A DNA stretch of 64,000 nucleotides from Hyaloraphidium curvatum SAG 235-1 (lineage: Eukaryota > Fungi > Monoblepharomycota): the NCBI GenBank assembly GCA_025558095.1, contig JAIVFI010000039.1, positions 421,555 to 485,554 of the forward strand, in the 5' to 3' direction. The notes under the pieces are model-generated. The model ran no database searches, had not been told where the DNA came from, and saw only the letters and a program-made list of their open reading frames with translations. The position numbers were made by a program, and so were the translations under genes. How positions within the stretch are numbered: position 1 is the stretch's first letter; the number at the start of each line of letters is the position of its first letter. Shown in pieces: positions 36,992 to 46,892 of the stretch.

Positions 36992-39034
36992 TCACGCCGA
37001 CCGCACCGACCCTGCCGTCGACGCCGCGTCGTCCGGCCGCCCTCCCAACCCCGTCCCCTCCAAGATCAGGTTCCCCGACCTGTCCGACCGCACCGAAACC
37101 TTGGACAGCCTCCTTGCCAGCGTCGAATCCGGCTCCACCGGGTTCCCGTTCACGCTCACCACCTTCCCCGGGATCCCCAGGCCCGACCACGTCTCCGGGG
37201 GTTCGATCCCCGCCCTTGCGGCTTCCGCCGCCGCCTCGCGCGCCTTGGCGAGGTCCAACTCCATGCTCCGCCTGTCGATCCTGTCCCGCTCCGACCGCCC
37301 CGCGGCCACCTCAACCACGACGTCGTCGGGTTTGCCGTCGCCGTCCACGTCCACCCGCACCTTCTTGAGCTCCTTCTCCCCCGGCACGGGGATGTGCAGC
37401 GCAGTGAAGGCGCGGTCCGTGGTCCGCACCACGAGGTCGTGCGCGCGCCGCTTGAGCGAGCCGGGGGCGCCGATGTCCGCGTTGCCGGCGAGCATTTCGC
37501 CGTAGTCCTCCAACTTTGCGCGGCCGTAGACGGTCCGCTCGAGCTCCAGGCGCAGCGCGTACCTTTTCCAAACGTAGTAGAAAAACAGCCAGAGGTTTCC
37601 CACGAGCAAGATGAACATGAGCACGCCGCAGAGGACCCACAACCACGGGAAGGAGCCCGGGGGAAGCTGCACGAGGATGCCGACGTTGAATAAGATCCAA
37701 AATGGCAGGATGAAGCGGCGGCAGAAGAAGTCGAGCTCGGTGGCTGCCATGACGAGGGGAGGCAGTCAGGCGGGTCGGCCTGGCGGCGGCGCAGCCGCAA
37801 CCCACCGAGGATGTGGTTGTTCTCGCGCTTGACGAGATGGTGTATGATGGCGATCTCGAAGAGCGAGAAGAAGGAGACGATGAAGGCCATGAAGACGTAC
37901 CTGGGCGGGAGGGGGGGGTCAGCACTCGGTGGGAGCAACGAGCCACGAAAAGGACCCACCAGTCCATCGTCGTAGCGTACGACACCATCGGAAGCCCCTG
38001 GGTGACGGAGCTGTAGAAGGAGACTGGCAGCGGGACGCGTGAGCAAGGGACGCGGGCCGCGGCCCCTAAGACGCACCGATGGTGAGCACCAAGGTAATGC
38101 TCAACCCCAGCCGTTCGGGCACGGCGTCGACGGAGAACCAGTAGCTGACTGTCGTCAAGGCAACGAGGATGCACATCGGCATGAAACTCTTGATGTAGTA
38201 CGCGGCCGTCTTGCGCTGCACCGTCAGGGTAAACGTGAGCATCTCATGGAGGGGCTGGCCCATGAAGGGCTCGTAGTATAGTTCCGCGACCGAGTAGCCG
38301 ACGTAGTCCCACGAGACCTGCGTGAACTCCGAAGCCTGGATCTCGGGGTACACGGGCGGATCCCCCCACACGAGGCCGATCTGCCTGTCGTTGTACGAGT
38401 AGCTCCCGATGTCCATGGTCAGGTTCTGCCTGTCGAACGGGAAGCTCGCCAGGTCGAACAAATCGGTGAGGTCCGCGAGCATGTGCCGCGCCCAGAAGAC
38501 GGCACCTGTCTCGGGCTGCACCTTGATGATGTCGTCCAGGAGCTCGACGGTGACCTCGTTGACGAAGTAGATGTCGGGGGTCCACACGGTGTGCGAGGGG
38601 CCGATGCCGTTGCCGAGCTCCATCGAGCCCAGGAAGCGGTACTCGCTCCCGTTGGAGGGCGGGAACTCGCCCGGCGGGGCGACCAGCCGCGGGTCGGTCC
38701 ACCACAGCTTCATCGACAGGTCCATGGTGAAGGTCGACGTGAACGGGTCCACGGCGTAGAGGTTGTTTATGTCCAGGCGGACGGTGATTTCGTCGCGAGG
38801 GCCGCCGAAGCCCGGACGGGTCGACGCGTCGTAGCCCGAGCCGGGGCCCGTCAGCACATTGATCAGCTCCGCGGTGGCGTTTGTGTCCGAGTAGCCGCGG
38901 GGGGCGAGAAAGCGGCGTGCCGGCGGCCGCGAGGTCCGTCGGGAGGGCGGCGCCGCCCGCGGGGGGAGCGCCGCCGCGCCGGCAAAGAGGCACGCCGCCG
39001 CGAGGGCCGCAAAAAGGCCGCGTGGGACCCGCAT
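36992..39034 (-). CDS. Cys-less pentameric ligand-gated ion channel subunit (4 exons) with an extra C-terminal TM helix
   Basis: Signal peptide, YDASTRPG, WTDPRL, VWTPDIYFVN, DLASFPFDRQNL, SYSY, M1 YYIKSFMP, DAVPERLGLSITLVLT, LPMVSYATTMDW. Introns 38024-38076, 37901-37959 and 37744-37805 all restore the frame. Confidence 0.92.
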
Positions 39035-39303
39035 GGTGCCGCACGGCGGGGCGTCGCGAAAAGTGGGTTGTTCAGGCGATTCGGGGCTTGGGCGGTGGCT
39101 GGATCATCGACCGTCCCGCCCGCTGCCCATGGAGGATGTGCCGTCGGCTCCATAGTTCACAACATTCATTCGACCGTCCAGTGTGCATCTGACGTGTGAT
39201 CGGCGGGACCCATCTTTTCCAGCCTCGGAGAGCGTCTCCGCGTCCAATCAAACTCGGACCCTCGCGTGCCTTACGGATTAGATCGATCTGCCACCGTGGC
39301 CCA

Positions 39304-40406
39304 TCAAGACCACTGCCTGCAGACGTCCTTGTGCTCCTTCCATGCCGTCCTCTGGCACTCCTTCCCGCAGTACCGCGCCAGCCTGCACCCCGCGCACCGC
39401 TGCAGCACCTGCGCCTCCGTCGCCTCTTTTCCGCACTCGTCGCACCCGTCCGGAACGTGTGTCGCGCGCACCTGCTCCATGTCCTTGAGCCTGCGCGACA
39501 CCTGCTTGCCCCGTTTCGAGGCGAGCCTGCCGCAGACGCGGGTGGCGAAGAAACCGGCGAAGAACGCCAGGTCCTCGACGATTTCGTCCAGGGGTTCCTG
39601 CTCGCCCACGCCTGCGTGGGGTTGATTCAGGAGGGTGAGGACGTCGACGAGCACCGAAGCGGCCGATCGCCTCCCCTGGGACTCCTGCTCCCGCGAGTGC
39701 GCGGCCCACGGCTTGGGGTTCTCGACAGCGATCCTCAAGAGCGCGTCCAGAGTCCCCGAGAAGGAGGCGCGGACCTTTCGTGTCTGCTCGTCCCCGGCAT
39801 CATTCGGGGTAGCCTTGTCGCGCCCCACGAACAGGTCCCAGACCTCCTCGAACTGCAGTGCGGCGAGCGCGAGGTCGTCGAGCATGGCGGGGCAGTCGCC
39901 GAGCCTCTGCCGCACGGGACGCGAGTATGCCGCCAGCCGCTGAAAAGCCGGTTGTACGCGGCCGAGCCTTCCCGCCATCCAGACGCGGCCGGCTCTCCCA
40001 AGTAGGGCTCCCCCGCGGTCGGGTCGACCGCACCGGACGCGGTTCGCCTGGCCAACGAGCGGGGCCCGACGAACTCGGCCAGCGCGCGCCGGAGGACGGG
40101 CCACGCGCGGCGGAACACGGGCAGCGCGCAGTGCACGGCGCGGTCCGTGAACCCGCGGGATGCCGCGCGCGCCCGGTCGAACTCGTCGGGTTCGGCGACG
40201 GTGCGCAAGCAGAGCTTCATCAGCATCAGGCCGGACGATGCCGCCGTCGCCAGAGCCGCGCGGTCGTCGGCCGGCGACACGCCCCCGGATGACGTGGCGG
40301 CGATGAGGGCGTCCAGACCCGCGTCCGACTGGGCCAGATGCTCCAGCCCGGCCTCCACTATGGAAGGGATGGCCGGGAAGGTCTCGAAGGTGATTTTGGC
40401 AGCCAT
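39304..40406 (-). pseudogene. zf-MYND family protein, frameshifted near 39950
   Basis: N-part in ORF 39735..40457 (WPVLRRALAEFVGPRSLARR). C-part in ORF 39304..40416 ends CDECG..CAGCRLARYCGKECQRTAWKEHKDVC. Confidence 0.75.
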
Positions 40407-40571
40407 CCTGCGACACGGTAGCAGGCGGTGAATGCAGAAGGCAAGTAGTGCGCGCAAATAAACAAACAGGCCAGCGATACTACTCCCATCGATCTTCCCT
40501 GCCCGCGATGGCCTCCAAGGTCGTGCCCCAATTCAAACGATATTGCCGATGCGGAGAGGGCCCTCAATGCC

Positions 40572-41170
40572 ATGGCCGCCGTCGTGCGGCACGGATCCCT
40601 CGAGGGCCGCGACGAATGCAACGCCGCGACCGACGCGCTCTGCTCGGCCGTGGAGGCCCTCGGCGCGCTGCTCCCCGAGGCCGACGAGGAGGCGCCCGCG
40701 CGGCAGAGGTCGGCTGCAAGGGCGGCGCTGGCCATGTTCCGCACGGGGTGGCCGGTGCTCCGCCGCGCCGTGGGCGACCTGGCCGTGCGCCGGGCGTCGC
40801 CGCGAAGGGCCGCGTGGGGCGCGGTCGACGCGGCGCGCGGGCAGCCGTGGACGGGGGTGCCCGGCCCGGGGTGGGAACAGGCGTCCACGGCCTACGCCAT
40901 CGTCTTCTCCCCGCTCGCGTTCCCCGCCGCCGTCGCGCTGGGCCAGCTGGCGATGCTGTCCCGCCCCGTGCGGCGCAGGCTCACCGAGGCGCCGGATTTC
41001 CTGGAGGACCTGGCGCTCGCGGTGCTGCACCACCGCGACTTCTGGGTCCGCTTCGCGCTGCCCAGCCTCTCTGGCCGGCTGCGCGACGTGCCGGACGTCC
41101 GCGACCTGGGCGGGTTCGAGGTCTGGGAGTCGGCCGTGAACACGCTCATGATGTGGCGGTGCCGGTCTGC
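40572..41170 (+). pseudogene. N-terminal fragment of the same zf-MYND family
   Basis: FRTGWPVLRRAVG..RRAAWGAVDAARGQPW..RRRLTEAPDFLEDLALAVL. Homology is lost near 41160. Confidence 0.65.
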
Positions 41171-41217
41171 GAAAGAGAAGCCCTCCAATCGACCTCTTCC
41201 ACTTCTTCCCCGTCAAC

Positions 41218-41857
41218 ATGGCCGCACAGGCGAGCTCCCCGTGGTCGACCGAGTTCCTTGTGCACCTCGTGGCTTCCACGAAGGAACCATTGGCGGAAGC
41301 CGACGCCGCCCTGGACGCGCTCGTCGCCGGCACCGCCGGCGGACCCGGCGCCGCCTCCCCCGCCGCGCACGAGGCCGCCGGCAAGCGCAGCCCGCTCGGC
41401 GCGGTCCTCGTCGCCGCCCATCTGCTCGGTCAGCCCGCGGACGCGCAGCCTTGGCCCACGGCCGGGGCACCCCGCGCGGCGCTGGAACTCTTCCGCACCG
41501 CCTGGCCGGTGCTGAGGCGCGCCCTGGCCGAGTTCGTGGGTCCCAGGTCGTCGGCAAGGCGGGCGGCGTTCGGCGCCATCGATGCCGCCGCGGGGCAGCC
41601 CTTCTTCGGGACGCCCACGTCACCAGGCTGCCCGCGACCGGGAGCGCGACGTCTCCCACCTCCGCTCGCGCATCGCCGCGCTGGAATCCGAGCTGGAGGA
41701 GGAGAGGGAAAGCAGGAGGGAGGCCGAGGGCAGGGCGAGGCAGTACGAGTCGCTGGTGGGGGCCCTGGAAGGGGTTGCGGGGGACGCGGAGGCGCTGGGG
41801 AGGAGGGCGGGTGCGCTGTGGCGGCAGATCGGGGCGCTGTCGAGGGGGAGCGGATGA
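41218..41857 (+). pseudogene. Second zf-MYND-family N-terminal fragment abutting an unrelated coiled-coil segment
   Basis: FRTAWPVLRRALAEFVGPRSSARRAAFGAIDAAAGQP runs to ~41620. A different frame then gives LRSRIAALESELEEERESRREAE. Confidence 0.6.
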
Positions 41858-41882
41858 TGGGCATTGCGATGGAGATGGATCG

Positions 41883-42674
41883 TCACGGCGTGTTGAAGTT
41901 GGTGCGGTGCCGGCGGTAGTACAGCAGACCCTCCGGCACGTGGGCCACCGTCGCGTTGCGCGCCAGCAGCGCCCTGTACATGTCGTAATCCTCCTCGGCC
42001 TTTTTTGCGTCGGGTCCCTGGCCGGCCTTGCGGCTGGTGCGCATGTAGCCCCCCGCGGCGCGCAAGGCGGCGGTGCGTTGGAGCATTCCGCCCGAGTGGA
42101 TGGTCGAGATGTTCCAGTACATGCCCTCGGGGACGGGGTGCATGATGCTGCGGAAGTGGTCTACGACCGCGGACGGGCCGGGGGAGGAGTTGACGACGAT
42201 GTAGTCGTACTTGACCACGTCGGCGTCGACGGCGGCGGTGCGCTCGTGGAGGTCCCTCCTGAACCAGTTGTCCGCGCCCAAGAAGATGAGCCGCTCCGTA
42301 GCGACGCGGTCCAGGACGTCCTGCCAGTTCGCGATGGTCCCCAGCCGCTCTGGCCGCATCATGAAGGCCACCTCGGGGTAGAGTGCCGGCAGGTGGCCGC
42401 AGTCCCCGGCACCATCGTCCACGAACCAGATGAAATCGAAGGGGCGGGACTGCCCGATCGCGGTCTCGAGCGCGTGCGCGGCGAGATGGCCGTAGCGGAA
42501 CGAGGCGACGATGGCGGTGGTCGCGTTGGGCCGCAGCGGTGCGCCGGGCGGGTGGACGGGCGGCAACAGCGACGGGTCTGTGCCGGGCGGCCGGGCGGGC
42601 GGCGGGCGCGACAGCCACGCGGCGGAGAGCACGAGGCACGCGGCGGCGGCGGCGGTGAGCGCCGGACGTCCCAT
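41883..42674 (-). CDS. GT-A fold glycosyltransferase (GT2-like), type II membrane anchor, intronless
   Basis: N-terminal anchor, YGHLAAHALETAIGQ, IWFVDDGA, IFLGADN, EDYDMY, LLYYRRH. Confidence 0.85.
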   Translation of the reverse strand: MGRPALTAAAAACLVLSAAWLSRPPPARPPGTDPSLLPPVHPPGAPLRPNATTAIVASFRYGHLAAHALETAIGQSRPFDFIWFVDDGAGDCGHLPALYPEVAFMMRPERLGTIANWQDVLDRVATERLIFLGADNWFRRDLHERTAAVDADVVKYDYIVVNSSPGPSAVVDHFRSIMHPVPEGMYWNISTIHSGGMLQRTAALRAAGGYMRTSRKAGQGPDAKKAEEDYDMYRALLARNATVAHVPEGLLYYRRHRTNFNTP

Positions 42675-42814
42675 GCCTGCATGACAGCGCTCCGAAGGGT
42701 GTCCGGATGGCTGGCCGGCGTTGTGTTTGGACCCCAACTCCCGCCCAAGGATCCGGATCCGGGTGTTTACAAACAACGGGCAACTTGCGGGCGCCCTCCG
42801 GGCCGCCCGCGAAC

Positions 42815-42956
42815 CGGCTGGTGCGATCGGTGCGGCGCGCCGGAAGGAGGGGCGGTGCGGAGGTGCTCGGGGTGCAGGGTGACGAGGTACTGCGGGGCCG
42901 AGTACCTGAAGGCGGTCTGGAAGGGGCACAAGGACAGAGGTGGCCGTGATCGTTGA
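42815..42956 (+). pseudogene. Orphan degenerate MYND finger
   Basis: WCDRCGAPEGGAVRRCSGCRVTRYCGAEYLKAVWKGHK; two zinc-binding Cys appear lost. Confidence 0.7.
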
Positions 42957-43229
42957 GGCTGATGTTCGGTCCCGCGGCCCGGAGGGCGAGGATAGGGACC
43001 CGCGTCCCCAGTGTGCCGGCAGGAAGACGCCTGGGCAGGGCGCCGCATCAAGACCCTCCGACCGCGAATCCACCTCTGCTCATCGCCACTCTCCTCCTCT
43101 GACGCCCTCGCGCGACGCGCGGAACGGAATGCGCCCCGCCGCCTGCCCTTGCGCGCCGGCCGCACTCCGAATCCCCGCAAGTCCCCCGCCCTCCTGGCCT
43201 CCATCGCCCCCTCCCGCCCCCTCACCCCG

Positions 43230-44106
43230 ATGGCGGAGAAAAAGTACAAGCTCTGGGCCTACCCCAACAGCGGCAACCTCGTCGTCCAGCTCGTGGGCTC
43301 CTTTTCCGACTCGGCTCGCGCGCGGCGACTCCCGCTCACCCACCCGCGCACAAAGCTCCTCGAGCACCTCGGCCTGCCCTACGACCACATCTCCCTCCCG
43401 GACGTCGACGACGAGACGTACGCCGAGTTCACGCGGATCAGCCCGATGCGCCAGGTCTGCCCCCTTTTGTGGCGGGAGACACGCGCTGACGCGTTTCCGG
43501 ATCAGGTCCCCGTGCTCGTCTTCCCCGACGGACGGGTGATGACCGGTGCGGCGCCCCGCCCGCGCCCCGGAGCGAAAGAAGGCTGACGGAGGCGACAGAG
43601 ACCGCGGCCATCATCCTGCAGCTCGCGGACGAGAACCCCGGTGCGGGTCTGCTGCCCCCGGTGCCGAAGAGAGGGGAAGCGTACCGCTGGTTCGTTTCCC
43701 GCCACACGGGCCAAAGGGGTGGGATAGGTTGACCCCGTTCCGCGGCAGGCTCGCGTTCCTCCTCTCCAACTGCTACGAAACCACCCTCCGCGCCGAGCAC
43801 CCCGAGTCGTACGTCGATCCGGCGACGGACGACACCATTGCGGCCGTCAAGCAGGCGGCGTGCAAGCGCATCGCTCGCCTCTGGTCGGTCCTGGAGGAGA
43901 ACGCGTTCCCCGGGCCCGGGCCCTACATGCTCGGCTCGCAGGAAGTGGGGGCGCTGGATTACTACCTGTGGATGTTCACCAACTGGGCGCAGGAGAAGGT
44001 GGATGTGCTGGCGGCGTGTCCCAGGGTCGCGGGGATGTTCCAGCTGGTGAAGGGGGGCGAGGCGGTGAAGAGGGTGTGGGCGGGGCATTTCCCAGGGGAA
44101 CCGTGA
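43230..44106 (+). CDS. Glutathione S-transferase, multi-exon
   Basis: LLEHLGLPY, ISPMRQ-VPVL..DGRVMT-ETAAIILQLAD, GPYMLG..ALDYYL. Confidence 0.85.
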
Positions 44107-44239
44107 TGTCTGTATCGTTGAAGGATTGCATTCGTTTGATCCGTGCCTGTGATAGATACCCGTTTTCGGGCCGATCCCGGAGCGGGCGAAGCGTCGCGGC
44201 GGCGCTCCCTTCCCCTCGACACGTACTACCCATCCCGCG

Positions 44240-44917
44240 ATGTCCGCGCCTCCCACTCTCCTCACCCCCAACGTCCTCACCGTCGCCTCCTACCATTCGT
44301 TCCGCCCCGTCGCGTACCGGGCTCCCGACGGGCAGCCCGCCGGCCGCGACCTGGACTTCCTCTCGCGGTTCGCCTCGCGGCACGGGCTGGAACTGCGCGT
44401 CGTCTGGCGGCCGTTCGACGGGATATGGACGTTGCCTGGCAGGGAAGAATGCGATGTCGCGTGCGGGGGGATCGCGCCGCTCCCCTCGCGCCGGGCCGAG
44501 GCGAGCGGAGTGGAGTGGACGCGTCCGTACTTCAAAGTGAAGAGGGCGCTGGTGATACGTGCCGCTGACGCCGGCACGCTGCGGACGATGGACGATTTCG
44601 TCGGCGGGAGGACGGTGGCTGTTACCAAGGGCTCGACGGCCGAGGCGGATGCGATCGAGCGGCTGCCCGCGACGGGGAGGATGGTCCACACGAGCTCGCA
44701 GGGCGATGCGCTGCGCCTCCTGTCCGCCGGCGAGATCGACGCGTACGCGACGGGGGACGTGCCCTGCGACTACATCGTCGCGACGTTCCCGGGGTTCGCG
44801 GTGGCGGACAGACACGAGTTCAGGGAGGAGGAGGTGTTCTGCTTCGCGGTGAGGGGGGGGAGAGGGTTGAAAGAGGTGCTGGATGGGTGGATCGAGGAGC
44901 ATGGAGGGGAGTACTGA
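44240..44917 (+). CDS. Bacterial-type polar amino-acid solute-binding protein (SBP_bac_3 fold), intronless, no signal peptide
   Basis: LTVASYHSFRPV..GRDLDFL..PFDGIWTLP..DVACGGI..R..WTRPYF, VAVTKGSTAE, LSAGEIDA, FAVR. Confidence 0.82.
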   Translation: MSAPPTLLTPNVLTVASYHSFRPVAYRAPDGQPAGRDLDFLSRFASRHGLELRVVWRPFDGIWTLPGREECDVACGGIAPLPSRRAEASGVEWTRPYFKVKRALVIRAADAGTLRTMDDFVGGRTVAVTKGSTAEADAIERLPATGRMVHTSSQGDALRLLSAGEIDAYATGDVPCDYIVATFPGFAVADRHEFREEEVFCFAVRGGRGLKEVLDGWIEEHGGEY

Positions 44918-45174
44918 TCGCGCGGTGCGGATATGATTGGGGTGGAGGACGTCGACGGGGCCGGCGACGGGGAATCCGTTGCACCTGGGAGCCCCGAAGG
45001 CGGGAATCGCGACGGCCTGCCACGTCCGCGCTTCCTGTGGATTTCCTGTGTTCGAGCGCGTTTCCCTGGCATCTGATCGATCCCGACCGGCGGCATTTCG
45101 AAGTGGGGATCCCCGTCCCCCGTTTCCGCTTTCCCGCCACTCGATCCCCCGACGACGCCACTCAAATCATCGCG

Positions 45175-46281
45175 ATGCACTCCGACCTCGCGCCGGCGTC
45201 GTTCGTCGTCACCGCCGGGCGCGGCTCCTCGGTCGGCGACCCGCTCAACGTGCCCCTCGTACCGGCGTCCAACTTCCTGCTCGGCGGCGACCGCGCCTAC
45301 TCTCGCGACGACGGTACACCCACTTGGGAAGCGCTCGAGGCCGTCGTTGGCGGGCTGGAGGGCGGGCACGCCGTGGCATTCGCGTCGGGAATGGCGGCCA
45401 TCGCGGCGGTGTTCGAGCGGGTGCCTGTCGGGGGCCGGGTGGCGCTGCCGGCGGATTGCTACCAGGGCGTCGTCGGCCACGCGATGCGGGGCCAGGAGCG
45501 AGGAATCTGGACGGTGCAGCGAATCGCCGTCGAGGACACGGCCGCGTGGGTCGCGGCCTGTGCCGAGGCGGACCTCGTGTGGCTCGAATCGCCGTCGAAC
45601 CCGCTGCTCGCCGTGGCGGACCTCGATGCCATCTGCGCCGCACCCCGGAAGCAAGGCACCATCGTCGCCGTCGACAACACCTTTGCCACGCCGCTCAACC
45701 AGCACCCGTTGAAGCTGGGAGCCACCGTCGCCGTGCACTCGGCGACCAAGTTCATCGGCGGCCACTCGGACCTGCTCGCCGGCGTCGCCGTCTCCGCCGA
45801 CGCCGCGCTGCACGAGGCCCTCAAGATGGCCCGCGAGCTGTCGGGCGCGACGCCGGGCACCCTCGAGGCATACCTCGCCGTGCGCGGCGCCCGCACCCTG
45901 GCCATCCGGCTCGAGCGCGCTCAGGCCAACGCCGGCGTGCTCGCCGCACGCCTCGAAAAGCACCCCAAGGTCGCCCTGGTGCGCTACCCCGGCCTCCCTT
46001 CGCACCCGACCCACGCTGCAGCCGCGAGGCAGCTCGCCGGTTTCGGCACCGTCGTCTCGTTCAACCTCGCCGGGGACGCCGGGTTCGCGGACGCCGTGTG
46101 CGGCAGAGTGCGTCTGGTCCGCCACGCGACCAGCCTGGGGGCCGTCGAGTCGACGATGGAGCGCAGGCAGGCGGTGCCGGGGCAGGAGCACCTTCCGCCG
46201 TCGATGCTCAGGCTGAGCGTGGGGATCGAGGACGTGGAGGACCTGTGGAGGGACCTGAAGCAGGAGATCGAGGGCGAGTAG
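45175..46281 (+). CDS. Cystathionine gamma-synthase/lyase family PLP enzyme, intronless
   Basis: YSRDDGTPTW, FASGMAA, WLESPSNP, VDNTFATP, HSATKFIGGHSD (PLP Lys), SLGAVES, RLSVGIED. Confidence 0.93.
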   Translation: MHSDLAPASFVVTAGRGSSVGDPLNVPLVPASNFLLGGDRAYSRDDGTPTWEALEAVVGGLEGGHAVAFASGMAAIAAVFERVPVGGRVALPADCYQGVVGHAMRGQERGIWTVQRIAVEDTAAWVAACAEADLVWLESPSNPLLAVADLDAICAAPRKQGTIVAVDNTFATPLNQHPLKLGATVAVHSATKFIGGHSDLLAGVAVSADAALHEALKMARELSGATPGTLEAYLAVRGARTLAIRLERAQANAGVLAARLEKHPKVALVRYPGLPSHPTHAAAARQLAGFGTVVSFNLAGDAGFADAVCGRVRLVRHATSLGAVESTMERRQAVPGQEHLPPSMLRLSVGIEDVEDLWRDLKQEIEGE

Positions 46282-46892
46282 CGGTGGTCTGTGTGCGTGG
46301 CGGATGTCGGGCGGGGAGGTGTGCGAAAGATCGTTGCCATTGCACACTCGACAGGCAGTCCGTTCATCCTGAGCGCCACGTTACGACCACTCGCACGTCA
46401 CCCGTCGATCACTCGATGTTCGCGCCCAATGCCTATGACGCCTACAGATCTCCTTGTGCCCCGTCCACGCCGCCTTCTGCCAATCCACCCCGCAGTGTCA
46501 GCTTGCAGCCCGAGCTTGCAGCAGTGCGTCCGTGACGAGGGCGGCGGAGCCGCGGCCCGCTCCCGCGCCGGGACCGTGCCGCCCCGCGGCGTCCAGAGGG
46601 GCGCGAGCTCGCGGAGCGCCTCTTCGGCGGCTTCGGCGACGTCTCGGACCGCTTCCCGCCGGGTTACCCCGGCCATGGCCGTTGGGAACCGCGCGGCTTC
46701 TTTCGCGCGCGTGGCGACGGAGGACGACGTGGCTTCTCGCGGACGGCGGACCCGGCCCGAAAGGCAAGGCGAGACAAGCACTCCGCAGCATCTTCGGGCC
46801 AGGCGAGGCACCCGACTCCGCAATACAGCGGGCCCGAAGCGTCCCACCGCGATCCGCAGCGGTCCTCCGTTTTCCACCGCCGCCGCGTCCGA

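Noticed and set aside
46398-46877. Possible extra MYND-family fragment (EAVRDVAEAAEEALRELAPL)
   Set aside because: The resemblance is too short and lacks the family's diagnostic WPxLRRA motif.
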